This document shows positions 1-8,368 of a stretch of 24,613 nt of DNA, piece by piece; within the stretch, counting starts at the first letter, position 1; each line of letters opens with the position of its first letter. The notes under the pieces were generated by a model. It searched no databases. It was given only the letters and a program-made list of their open reading frames with translations, and was not told the origin of the DNA. Source of the DNA: a virus (taxonomy: Duplodnaviria > Caudoviricetes); the IMG/VR virus record IMGVR_UViG_3300012940_000102, positions 1 through 24,613 of that record; one strand, given 5' to 3'. The position numbers and the translations under genes are program-made.

Positions 1-64
1 CTGCCGACGCCGGGACCGCTCACCGGCCAGGCGAGACCCTGATCACGCCGATGGAGCCGTCCCG

Positions 65-922
65 ATGAAATTCAAGCGCACCAAGCCCTTCCTGCTCGCC
101 ACCGCCGGCTCGACCGTCGACGGCCGCGTGATCGACGACAAGATGCTCGACGAAATGGCGTCGAGCTATAACCCCAAAACCTATGGCGCCCGGCTGAATA
201 TCGAGCATATCCGCGGTATCACCGGCGACAAGCCGTTCCGCTCCTATGGCGACGTCGTCGAGCTGTCGGTCGGCGAGGTCGAAGTCGATTTCAACGGCAC
301 GAAGGAAAAGCGCAAGGCGCTCTATGGCGTCTTCGACGTACTCGAGGACGCGCAGCAGCTGAACGCCGCGGGCCAAAAGGTCTATCCGTCGATCGAGATC
401 GAGCCGAATTTCGGCGGCAAGGGCTTCGCCTATCTGATGGGCTGCGCGCTGACCGACAGCCCCGCCGCGATCGCGACCGAGCGGCTGCAGTTCAATACCG
501 CCCGCCCCGGTGCCCTCAACCTCAACGGTAACAGCGCCGCCCCGCTCGAGTACGCCGACGAAAAGGGCGACACCACGCCCGAAGGCGGCAGCTTTTTGAA
601 GGCCCTCACCGCCGTTCTCGACAAGTTCGCCGGCAAGTCCGCCGAACCGGCGGCTCAGCCCCAGAGCCAACAGCCCGTCCAAGGCGCGGCGCCCCAAGCG
701 CCCCAGGCGGGCGACCCGGCAATGCTGACCGGCCTCTTCACCGAAATGGGCAAGGCCTTCCAGGCTTCGCTTAACGATCTGCAGTCGACCTTTACGGGCG
801 AGATCAACGCGATGGGGCTGAAACTCCAGGCGCTCGATCAGAAGTTCGAAGGGACGGCCGCCCCCGATCAGAAGGCGCGGCCGACCGCCGCGGGCGGGAA
901 TTTCGCCAAGACCGACTTCTGA
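65..922 (+). CDS. gpO: Capsid scaffolding protein/protease, P2 gpO family
   Basis: Motifs G-S-T-V-DGRVI, MASSYNPKTYGARLNIEH, QKVYPSIEI and YLMGCALTDSPA. Directly precedes the major capsid gene. GGAG upstream of the start. Confidence 0.95.
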   Translation: MKFKRTKPFLLATAGSTVDGRVIDDKMLDEMASSYNPKTYGARLNIEHIRGITGDKPFRSYGDVVELSVGEVEVDFNGTKEKRKALYGVFDVLEDAQQLNAAGQKVYPSIEIEPNFGGKGFAYLMGCALTDSPAAIATERLQFNTARPGALNLNGNSAAPLEYADEKGDTTPEGGSFLKALTAVLDKFAGKSAEPAAQPQSQQPVQGAAPQAPQAGDPAMLTGLFTEMGKAFQASLNDLQSTFTGEINAMGLKLQALDQKFEGTAAPDQKARPTAAGGNFAKTDF

Positions 923-978
923 CCCGCCAACCCTAACCCCCAGACCCGCGACCTCACTGACGCCAAGGAAGCACTTCG

Positions 979-2103
979 ATGCACACCACCACCCGAATCC
1001 TCTTCGCTGCCTATGTTTCGCAGATCGCGCTGGTCAACGGCCTGACGGCTGACGCTGTCGAGACCAAGTTCACCGTCGCCCCCACGGTCGAGCAGAAGCT
1101 CGAGGAGGCGATCAAGCAGAGCAGCGAATTCCTGCAGACGATCGAAATCACGACCGTCACGCAGCAGGTCGGCCAGAAGGTCGGCATCGGCACCACGCGC
1201 ACCCTCGCCGGGCGCCGCAACAGCGCCGCAGGCAATGCCCGGAACCCGACCGACCCGACCGATACGTCGGATCGCGGACAGTATTTCTGCAAGCAGACCA
1301 ATTTCGACTACGCGATCCCCTATGCGAAAATCGACGCCTGGCGGCACAAGCCCGAATTCCAGACGCTGATCGCCAACGCCATCGCGAAGCAGCAGGGTCG
1401 CGACCGCATCATGATCGGTTGGCACGGCACGTCCGCCGCCGTTGAGACTGACCGCGCCGCCAATCCGCTGCTGCAGGATGTCAACGAAGGCTGGTTGCAC
1501 AAGATCCGCACTCACGCGGCGGAGCAGGTGCTCGATGACGGCGAGCTGACCGTCTATGACGATGGCGAAGATCACGAGGATCTGAAGGCGATCTATGTCA
1601 AGGCGGGTACGCTCTATGACGATTCGCTCGACAACGCGACGACGGCCGAGGCGGATTACAGCTCGCTCGAGGCCTTGGTGCTCGATGCGAAGTCGCTGAT
1701 CCCCGAATGGCACCGCCAGAATCCCGAGCTGGTCGTGATCGTCGGGCAGGATCTGCTCGACGACAAATATTTCACGATCGCGCAAAAGACCGGCGCGACC
1801 GCGACCGAGATCGAAGCGACCGATCGCATTCTGCGCTCGGAAAAGAAGATTGGCGGCCTTCCGGCTGTTGCCGTCCCCTTCTTCCCCGCCAACGCGATCC
1901 TGATCACGACGCTCAAGAATCTCGCGATCTACGTCCAGGAAGGCAGCCGCCGCCGCCTGCTGAAGGATGAGCCCAAGCTCGACCAGATCGAGAATTATGA
2001 GAGCGTCAACGAGGCCTATGTGGTCGAAGACTACGAGCTCTGCGCGCTGGTCGAAAATATCGTCATCGGCGCCGCGCCCGAGCGCGAGGAAGCGCCCGCC
2101 TAA
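979..2103 (+). CDS. gpN: Major capsid protein, P2 gpN family
   Basis: Motifs F-T-V-A-P-T-V-EQKLE..I.QSSEFL, YFCKQTNFD, DRIMIGWHG, NPLLQDVNEGWL and NYESVNEAYVVEDY. AAGGA RBS. Confidence 0.97.
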   Translation: MHTTTRILFAAYVSQIALVNGLTADAVETKFTVAPTVEQKLEEAIKQSSEFLQTIEITTVTQQVGQKVGIGTTRTLAGRRNSAAGNARNPTDPTDTSDRGQYFCKQTNFDYAIPYAKIDAWRHKPEFQTLIANAIAKQQGRDRIMIGWHGTSAAVETDRAANPLLQDVNEGWLHKIRTHAAEQVLDDGELTVYDDGEDHEDLKAIYVKAGTLYDDSLDNATTAEADYSSLEALVLDAKSLIPEWHRQNPELVVIVGQDLLDDKYFTIAQKTGATATEIEATDRILRSEKKIGGLPAVAVPFFPANAILITTLKNLAIYVQEGSRRRLLKDEPKLDQIENYESVNEAYVVEDYELCALVENIVIGAAPEREEAPA

Positions 2104-2171
2104 TACAACCGAGAGGGGCATTGATGCCGGCAAGCCCGTGACGGGGTGAACCGGAAGAGCCCCGCCGCACA

Positions 2172-2199
2172 GGGCCGGCGACCGTCACATCGCCGGCCC
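2172..2199 (+). other. Perfect 10-bp GC-rich hairpin between N and M
   Basis: GGGCCGGCGA (2172-2181) pairs with TCGCCGGCCC (2190-2199). No U-tract follows. Confidence 0.6.
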
Positions 2200-2218
2200 G
2201 CCAATCAGGAGCCCGCTC

Positions 2219-2971
2219 ATGACCAGTCTTGCCCGCCGAATGCGCGCCCGCAAACTCGCCGCCCGCGCCGCCGCCGAAGCCGGAACGGCGACGCCGGGCC
2301 GTGCCGCCCCGATGCCCAAGACGGGCGAATCGGCCAGCGAATATCGCGTCCTGCTTGCCGCGCTTCACGACGATCTGCGCACCCTGTCGGAAGTCCAGTC
2401 GATCGCCGACCGCAATCCGATGAAGGCCGAAATGGCCGCCAAATTCCTGCCCTGGGTCAAGGGCGCGCTCGAGGCCGGCGCCGCCGGCAAGGCCGCCCAG
2501 GACGAAATCGTCGTCACCATCATGATCTGGGCGATCGACTATCGGGACATCGACTTCGCGCTCGATATCGCCGCGCATGTGCTGAAGCACGGCCTCACGC
2601 TTCCCGAACGCTACAATCGCACGGCCGCCTGCCTGGTCGCCGAGGAACTCGCCGAAGTCTATCTGCGCGAGCCCGGCAGCGTCAGCGTCGCCCAGCTCGC
2701 CCGCGCCGCGCTGCTTACGGACGGCCGCGACATGCCCGATCAGGCGCGCGCCAAGATCTGCAAGGCGATCGGCCGCGCTTCGCTCGCCGCTGCCCAGAGC
2801 TATGACCCGGGCGCCGACAATGCCGTCGCGGGCGGCAAGGCCGGGCTGCTGCAGGCGGCGATCGATGCCTTCAAGGAAGCCATCCGCCGTCACGACAAGT
2901 GCGGCGCCAAGCTCGATCTGAAACTGGCTGAGACCGAGCTTGCGAAGCTCGGGACACCCCCGGGCACGTAA
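2219..2971 (+). CDS. gpM: Terminase endonuclease (small) subunit, P2 gpM family
   Basis: Motifs QDEIVVTIMIWAID, ALDIAAHVLKHGLTLP, DMPDQARAKICKAIG and CGAK. AGGAG RBS. Position after N. Confidence 0.93.
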   Translation: MTSLARRMRARKLAARAAAEAGTATPGRAAPMPKTGESASEYRVLLAALHDDLRTLSEVQSIADRNPMKAEMAAKFLPWVKGALEAGAAGKAAQDEIVVTIMIWAIDYRDIDFALDIAAHVLKHGLTLPERYNRTAACLVAEELAEVYLREPGSVSVAQLARAALLTDGRDMPDQARAKICKAIGRASLAAAQSYDPGADNAVAGGKAGLLQAAIDAFKEAIRRHDKCGAKLDLKLAETELAKLGTPPGT

Positions 2972-2991
2972 GGAGCTCGCGCCACGGCGCT

Positions 2992-3055
2992 CGGGGGGCG
3001 GTGACGGTTCGGCGGGCCACCTTGGGGGCCCGTCGAACCCGATCCCCACCCCCCG
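2992..3055 (+). other. Nested stem-loop in the M-L intergenic region
   Basis: CGGGGGG (2992-2998) pairs with CCCCCCG (3049-3055), enclosing GGTTCGGCGGGCC (3006-3018) paired with GGCCCGTCGAACC (3027-3039). Confidence 0.6.
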
Positions 3056-3092
3056 TAAAACAGGCCGGAAACGCAGGAAAAATGAGGCAAGG

Positions 3093-3596
3093 ATGAGCGA
3101 TCTGATCTCGACGCCGGCGTCGCCCGCCTCCCCGGCCAACAGCACGGTCGAAGCCGATGGCTGGTTCCCCGCGATCGATTGCAACGCGCTGCGCGCCAGG
3201 GTGCGCCTGGGCGAAAACATCGTCCCGCATGATCGCCTGGTCGCGGCCATCGAGGGCGCGATGCTGACCGCCTTTCGCCAGCCTGCGCTGATCGCGTGGC
3301 GCACGCTTCACGCCAGCGCCGGCGCCGAGGACCTTGCGGCCGTGTCCGATACCGTGACGATCGGCGGCGAGCCGCGGACCGTTGTGCTCTGGAACCGGAT
3401 CGTCCGCTATTATGCCGCGGCCGAGATCGCCGATGGTCACCGCGACCTGATCGCGACCGATCAGCAATCGCAGCGCAGCGAGGAACGACGCCTGTCCGCC
3501 GACGATTATCGCCGCATGGGCCATGACGCGGTCGCCGATCTGATCTCGATCGGCGCCGGGGAATCGGTCCCGCGCAACAGCGTGGAGCTGCTCTGA
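3093..3596 (+). CDS. gpL: Head completion/stabilization protein, P2 gpL family
   Basis: Start reassigned to ATG 3093 (GAGG upstream). Motifs DGWFPAID..LR..VRL and C-terminal AVADL...R..VELL. Lies between M and X. Confidence 0.88.
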   Translation: MSDLISTPASPASPANSTVEADGWFPAIDCNALRARVRLGENIVPHDRLVAAIEGAMLTAFRQPALIAWRTLHASAGAEDLAAVSDTVTIGGEPRTVVLWNRIVRYYAAAEIADGHRDLIATDQQSQRSEERRLSADDYRRMGHDAVADLISIGAGESVPRNSVELL

Positions 3597-3805
3597 TGCG
3601 TGCCGTCGTACAGGACGGCGAACCGCTCGATGCGCTGTGCTGGCGCACGCTGGGCTTCACTGCCGGAGTCACCGAACAAGTTCTGGCTCTCAACCCCGGC
3701 CTCGCCGCCCTTGGCGGCCTGCTGCCGGAAGGAACCGAGGTCGATCTGCCCGAAGTCGCCGACGTCGCGCAGCCAGTGCGCGAGACGGTGCAGCTATGGG
3801 ACTGA
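3596..3805 (+). CDS. gpX: Tail protein X (LysM-like), P2 gpX family
   Basis: QDGEPLDALCWR..G.T.GVTEQVLALNPGLA..G.LLPEGT.V.LP...VQLWD. TGATG coupling to gpL. Confidence 0.95.
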   Translation: MRAVVQDGEPLDALCWRTLGFTAGVTEQVLALNPGLAALGGLLPEGTEVDLPEVADVAQPVRETVQLWD

Positions 3806-3857
3806 CGGAAGGAACGAAATCATGCGCAGCATGCCTGTCCGCTGGGGGAAGCAAACG

Positions 3858-4259
3858 ATGAAGCTGGATCCATTCTATGTCCTGGGCGCCTTCGGCGTCG
3901 CCGGCGTCGCCGCGGTCGATCGTGACCCCACCTATGCGCTCGCTTTCATGGCGTCGCTCGTGTCGGGCGGACTGATTGCGCTGTGCTTTTCGCTCTGGAA
4001 ATCCCGGCAACGCAAGGCCGATGGCATCGACACGTCGCTGTGGGCGATGATCGCCGTCCTCGGATCCACGACGCTAGCCTTCGTGCTGGCGCCGGTCCTC
4101 GAAGGCCGGACGATCCCCTTGGTCGGTATCACCCTCACCCAGCCCCTCGCCGCCTTCCTAATCGCGGTCGGCGGGACGCCCTTCATCGAATGGCTGCTCA
4201 CCGGAGAGGCCTTTGCGCTGATCCGCCGCTGGGTCGACAAGCGGGAGCGCGGCGCATGA
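3858..4259 (+). CDS. Putative holin (multi-pass membrane protein)
   Basis: 3-4 hydrophobic segments and a basic C-terminus (IRRWVDKRERGA). Lies between X and the endolysin with an ATGA overlap. An alternative start exists at 3822. Confidence 0.7.
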   Translation: MKLDPFYVLGAFGVAGVAAVDRDPTYALAFMASLVSGGLIALCFSLWKSRQRKADGIDTSLWAMIAVLGSTTLAFVLAPVLEGRTIPLVGITLTQPLAAFLIAVGGTPFIEWLLTGEAFALIRRWVDKRERGA

Positions 4260-4879
4260 CGGCCGCTCAGCCGCTCGAAGCAGCGCAAGCCAAGCGCCTT
4301 TTTGATGCCATCCGCATCGTGAAAGGCGGGGCGCTCTCGCAGGCCGACGTCGATCGCATCAATCGAGCCATAGCGAACGATGTGTCGGAGGCAGTTGGGG
4401 GGCGCCGCGCGAGCGCCCGCTGCATAGACCTGATCCATAGCTTCGAGGATTTCCGCGCGACCACCTATCCAGATCCGGGGCCGACCGGAAAGCCGGTCAC
4501 TGGAGGTTGGGGCACTACCCGGGACGAAAGCGGCAAGCCGTTGGCCCTCGGCGTCACCTGGCCGCGCGAACGCTGGGAGGCCTTATTCCGCCGCGACTTG
4601 GCCGCGAAGGAAGCTGCAGTGAACATGCTGCTCGGGGATGCGCCCACCACGCAGGGTCAATTCGACGCGCTCGTGTCCTTTGCCTACAATTGCGGAGAGG
4701 ACATCGACGATGACGATATCGCCGAAGGCCTGGGCGACAGCACACTGCTCAAGAAGCATCTGCGCGGGGACTACGCCGGCGCGAAGGCCGAGTTCGCGAA
4801 ATGGAACAAAAGCGGCGGCGTCGTCATGAAGGGACTGATCCGCCGCCGAGCCGCCGAGGCCGAACTCTACGGATCTTGA
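4256..4879 (+). CDS. Endolysin, GH24 (phage lysozyme) family
   Basis: Catalytic E/D/T pattern in FEDFRATTYPDPGPTGKPVTGGWG, plus TQGQFDALVSFAYN, STLLKK and KW..SGG.VMKGLIRRRAAE..LY. Start reassigned to ATG 4256. Confidence 0.93.
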   Translation: MTAAQPLEAAQAKRLFDAIRIVKGGALSQADVDRINRAIANDVSEAVGGRRASARCIDLIHSFEDFRATTYPDPGPTGKPVTGGWGTTRDESGKPLALGVTWPRERWEALFRRDLAAKEAAVNMLLGDAPTTQGQFDALVSFAYNCGEDIDDDDIAEGLGDSTLLKKHLRGDYAGAKAEFAKWNKSGGVVMKGLIRRRAAEAELYGS

Positions 4880-4910
4880 CCCTATCCCCGCGCCCCACAG
4901 GAGTATCCCG

Positions 4911-5285
4911 ATGATCAAAGTCAGAGGCTTCTTGATTGCCACCTCGCTCGCGCTCTGCGCCTGCGCGGTCCCTGGCACTGCGCCTTCCGACGGGAGCTTG
5001 CCGAACGCGCCTGGCGATCTTGCCGATGCCACCCTGCTCGACGAACAGGCCGCGCTTTCGGTCGAGCTCGCCTATCAGGCGGCGGGGGCAGCCGTGAAGA
5101 CCGCCGTCGACGCGGGCGTGCTGCACGGCGACGCGGCCGACCAGGTCGCTGCGCTCGATCGCCAGGCCTATCGCGCCGTGCGCGCAGTCCGCGATGCCTA
5201 CGACGCCGGAAACGCTGACAGCTATGCCGAGGCAGCGATCATAGCTCGTAAGCATATCGCCGCCCTTCTGGCTCTCGTCCGATAG
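4911..5285 (+). CDS. Predicted lipoprotein in the lysis cassette (possible spanin-like function)
   Basis: Signal peptide with lipobox-like SLALCAC, followed by an Ala-rich helical body. AGGAG RBS. Directly after the endolysin. Confidence 0.6.
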   Translation: MIKVRGFLIATSLALCACAVPGTAPSDGSLPNAPGDLADATLLDEQAALSVELAYQAAGAAVKTAVDAGVLHGDAADQVAALDRQAYRAVRAVRDAYDAGNADSYAEAAIIARKHIAALLALVR

Positions 5286-5295
5286 GAGCACACCG

Positions 5296-5499
5296 ATGAA
5301 CTTCACCAAGATCCTGACGATCATCCAGACCGCCGCTCAAGCGGGTCCGGCCTTCTTCGAGCTGGCCGAGCAGGTGATCGCAACCTTCACGGAAAGCGAC
5401 CAGGCCAAGCTGCAGGAAGCCCTCGCGGCCGCGCGTGAGCGCACCGATGCGCTGCACCAGAACGTGCAGGAAGCCCTCGCCGACGCGGCGAAGCGCTAA
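5296..5499 (+). CDS. Small helical/coiled-coil hypothetical protein (lysis cassette)
   Basis: AGGAG RBS, 67 aa, amphipathic N-terminus, phage-like codon usage. Confidence 0.7.
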   Translation: MNFTKILTIIQTAAQAGPAFFELAEQVIATFTESDQAKLQEALAAARERTDALHQNVQEALADAAKR

Positions 5500-5513
5500 A
5501 GGGCGCTGCGCGC

Positions 5514-6011
5514 ATGTTAAAACCAGACAGCCTTCGGGCGGCGCTCGCCGCCGTCGATCCCGCCCTCGCCGCCGATCCGGCGCAGCTGATCATGTGGATC
5601 CCGCAAGGCGCGATCGCGTCGCCGATAACGCCCAGCTTTTCCTTCTCCTACAGCTATCAGCTCAACATCTTCTTGCCCGGCTACGCGCGGCATCAGGCCC
5701 CGCTGATGATCGCCATCCTCCAATGGCTGCGCGTCCAGCAGCCCGACCTGCTGCAGCCGGGAAAGGACGCGATCGCCTTCGAAGCCGACTTCCTGGACAA
5801 TGCGACGGTCGACCTCGAGCTGCGCCTGCAGCTGACCGAGGACGTGCGGGCGGTGAAGCGCCCCGATGGCGGATTCGACATGGAATTCCTGAACGAGCCC
5901 GATCCGCTGTTCGGCGACGATCTGGGAATCGCCGGAATCGATCCGGTCCCGGATCTCGCAAACCTCTGGTTCGGCGGCGAACGCCTGCTGCCCGACGCGC
6001 CGCTGCCATGA
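5514..6011 (+). CDS. gpR: Tail completion protein, P2 gpR family
   Basis: MLKPDSLRAAL...LAADP..L, SFSYSYQLNI, WLRVQQPDLL, FEADFL and DLELRLQLTEDV. Confidence 0.93.
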   Translation: MLKPDSLRAALAAVDPALAADPAQLIMWIPQGAIASPITPSFSFSYSYQLNIFLPGYARHQAPLMIAILQWLRVQQPDLLQPGKDAIAFEADFLDNATVDLELRLQLTEDVRAVKRPDGGFDMEFLNEPDPLFGDDLGIAGIDPVPDLANLWFGGERLLPDAPLP

Positions 6012-6253
6012 ATATCGTGCCACGCTTCATTCGTGCCTGGTTCGCTTGGCGTCACGTCTTCGCGGCGGGCTGTTGGCTATATGAAGTGAACGAAATCACC
6101 GGAAAGCGTCGCGCGCGGAGCCTGTCCGGTGGCTATAGCCCGCTCGCGTGGGAATGGCTTCTGTCGGGCCGTGGGATGCCCAACATCGACGGCATTCCGG
6201 CTTGGCGCAGCCGATATCGAGACACTCTCTCCGAGGACATGATCGGGGTTTAG
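6008..6253 (+). CDS. Trp-rich hypothetical protein inserted between R and S
   Basis: 81 aa ORF (MNIVPRFIRAWFAWRHV...) with an ATGA overlap on the gpR stop, ending 2 nt before gpS. Confidence 0.65.
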   Translation: MNIVPRFIRAWFAWRHVFAAGCWLYEVNEITGKRRARSLSGGYSPLAWEWLLSGRGMPNIDGIPAWRSRYRDTLSEDMIGV

Positions 6254-6255
6254 CG

Positions 6256-6717
6256 ATGCCGGTCCAAGATAACTTTGCGGATCTCGAAACCTTCCTCGCC
6301 CGCTTCGCCGGCGCGCTCAGCCCGCGCGAGCGCAAGCGGCTGCTGACCAAGGTCGGGCAGTCGCTACGGCGCGCCAACAGCGCGCGGATCGCCCAGAATG
6401 TTGAGCCTGAAGGTGGAGCGATGAAGCCGCGGCGCCCGCGCCCCGAGGGTAAGCGCGGCAAGATGTTCCGCCGTCTGAGGCTCGCCCGGGTCCTGAAGGT
6501 GCGCGCAACTTCCGACCAAGTCAGCGTCCGCTTCATCGGCCCCGCGCAAAAGGTCGCGGAGACGCATCATTTCGGGCTGGTCGACGACGTCGGCCGCACC
6601 CGCGATGGCCGAACGATCCGCGCCCGCTATGCCGAGCGCCGCCTGCTCGGCTTCAGCCGCGACGATGAAGCGGCCGTCATGCAGGCGATCGAGGACCATC
6701 TCGCGCGTGAAGCCTAG
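6256..6717 (+). CDS. gpS: Virion morphogenesis/tail completion protein, P2 gpS family
   Basis: LSPRERKRLL.KVGQSLRR.N..RI.QN..PEG, MFRRLR, HHFGL.D and YAERRLLGFS. Start reassigned to ATG 6256. Confidence 0.92.
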   Translation: MPVQDNFADLETFLARFAGALSPRERKRLLTKVGQSLRRANSARIAQNVEPEGGAMKPRRPRPEGKRGKMFRRLRLARVLKVRATSDQVSVRFIGPAQKVAETHHFGLVDDVGRTRDGRTIRARYAERRLLGFSRDDEAAVMQAIEDHLAREA

Positions 6718-6739
6718 CTCGCCCGGCAACCGCCCAGTC

Positions 6740-6806
6740 TTGTAACCGCACCCGATACAGGGCCAGCGGCTGGCGCCCACGCGCGCGTTGGTCTTTTCCC
6801 GTCGCC
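6740..6806 (+). promoter_or_regulatory. Putative activator-dependent late promoter upstream of gpJ (TGT-N13-ACA)
   Basis: TTGTAACCGCACCCGATACA-GGGCCAGCGGCTGG. The same architecture recurs at 12503 at a similar distance from the ATG. Confidence 0.65.
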
Positions 6807-7715
6807 ATGCCGCCGATCTCGTCCATCGCAACGTCGTCCGCCGTCGATCTTTCGGCGCTGCCGCCGCCCGATCTGATCCCACAGGCCGATTATGAGGCCC
6901 GCTTTGCGGGCAAGCTGGCGCGGCTGGTGACGTACCTGCCGGAATTTTCCGCGCTGGTCGAAAGCGATCCGGCGATCAAGTTGCTTGAATCCGACAGTTA
7001 CGACGAAATGCTGCTGGCGCAGGCCTTCAACGACGCAGCGCGCTCGCTGCTACTCGCATTTGCCTCGGGCAGCGCGCTCGATCATCTGGCCGCGCCGTTC
7101 GACGTGGCCCGGCGCGAGCTGGTTCCCGCCGATCCCGACACCGGCACGCCCGCGATCATGGAAAGCGATGCGGACTTTCGCGCGCGGATCTTGCTCGCTC
7201 CCCACAGCTTTAGCGTCGCGGGACCCGAGCGGGCCTATGTCTATCACGCGCTATCAGCGTCCGGCGACGTCCTCGACGCGAGCGCGACCTCGCCCAGTCC
7301 CGGTCAGGTTGTCGTTTCTGTGCTTTCGCGCACCGGCGACGGCACCGCCCCTCAGCCGACACTCGACGCAGTCGAAGCGGTGCTGACCGACGATGCGGTG
7401 CGCCCGCTGACCGACGAAGTCATCGTCCAATCGGCGGACATCGTCGAATTCGAGATCGAGGCAAACGTCTGGCTTTATGCGGGTCCCGATTCGGCGCTGA
7501 TCATCGAGACGGCCGAGGCGTCGCTCGATGCGTACCTAGCCAAGGCGCGCCGCCTGGGCCGCGACATCCCGCGATCCGCCATCATCGCCGCGATTCACGT
7601 CGCCGGCGTCCAGCGCGTCGAGCTCGTGTCCCCCGCTGAGGACCAGGTCATGACAGCACTGCAGGCGGGATGGCCGACCGCCGTCACCCTTAATTACGCC
7701 GGCGTCGACGAATGA
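6807..7715 (+). CDS. gpJ: Baseplate assembly protein, P2 gpJ family
   Basis: VDLSALPPP, LVESDP..KLLE, FASGS.LDHLA, MESDADFRARILLAP..FSVAGP..AY.YHALSA and VRPLTD.V.VQSA. Confidence 0.96.
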   Translation: MPPISSIATSSAVDLSALPPPDLIPQADYEARFAGKLARLVTYLPEFSALVESDPAIKLLESDSYDEMLLAQAFNDAARSLLLAFASGSALDHLAAPFDVARRELVPADPDTGTPAIMESDADFRARILLAPHSFSVAGPERAYVYHALSASGDVLDASATSPSPGQVVVSVLSRTGDGTAPQPTLDAVEAVLTDDAVRPLTDEVIVQSADIVEFEIEANVWLYAGPDSALIIETAEASLDAYLAKARRLGRDIPRSAIIAAIHVAGVQRVELVSPAEDQVMTALQAGWPTAVTLNYAGVDE

Positions 7716-8368
7716 GCGCGCTGCCGACTGAAATACTCGAAAAGAGTCTGCTCCCACCGGGCGCAACCGATACCGAGCGCGCCCTCGAGGACGCGATGCG
7801 CGCCGATATCGACCTGTCGTCGGTCGGCAACCTCTGGAATCCCGAGACCTGCCCCGCTGCCGTGCTGCCCTTCCTGGCATGGGGGCTGGCGATCTCTCGC
7901 TGGGACCCCGATTGGACCGAGGCCGAAAAGCGCGCCGCGATCGCCGACGCCATCCCCTTCCATCGCCGCAAGGGCACGCGCGCGATCGTCCGTGAAGTCC
8001 TCGATCGATTCCACCCCTTGCTTCAGGTTGTCGAATGGTGGGAGACGAGCCCGCGCGGCGAGCCCCACACCTTCGAGATCCGCGCACCCGCCGCCGACAT
8101 CCCGGCGAGCTTTCTGACGGCCGACACCGCGGCGGCGATCATTCGCGACATCGCGTCAGTTAAGCCGGTGCGAAGCCATTTCGACTTCATCCAATCGCTG
8201 GAGGCTGAGGGCCAAATGTGGCTCGCCGCGGGTGCCAATCCAGCCAGCTTCACCCGTTTCGATGCTGCTGCCGCGCACGCGGACGACCCGATCTGGGCTG
8301 CCGCCCTTCTGACCGAAGATGGCGAACCGATGCAGGAAGACGATGGCGCCATTTTGGAGACCGATTGA
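7712..8368 (+). CDS. gpI: Baseplate wedge/tail protein, P2 gpI family, with acidic C-terminal extension
   Basis: SLLPPGAT..ERAL, LWNPETCP..VLPFLAW..., HRRKGT, EWWE..PRGEPHTF and KPVRSHF. Confidence 0.95.
   Translation: MSALPTEILEKSLLPPGATDTERALEDAMRADIDLSSVGNLWNPETCPAAVLPFLAWGLAISRWDPDWTEAEKRAAIADAIPFHRRKGTRAIVREVLDRFHPLLQVVEWWETSPRGEPHTFEIRAPAADIPASFLTADTAAAIIRDIASVKPVRSHFDFIQSLEAEGQMWLAAGANPASFTRFDAAAAHADDPIWAAALLTEDGEPMQEDDGAILETD

Noticed and set aside
2104-2110. TACAACC matching an operator half-site after gpN
   Set aside because: Only a 7-nt half-site with no symmetric partner; compatible with chance.
2115-2163. TTGATG...GAAG resemblance to a hammerhead ribozyme core
   Set aside because: It lacks the required CUGANGA and GAAA cores and a third stem with an NUH site.
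2146-2805. Arg/Pro-rich alternative-frame ORFs overlapping structural genes (also 5435-6007 and 17609-18085)
   Set aside because: Typical off-frame translations of GC-rich coding DNA.
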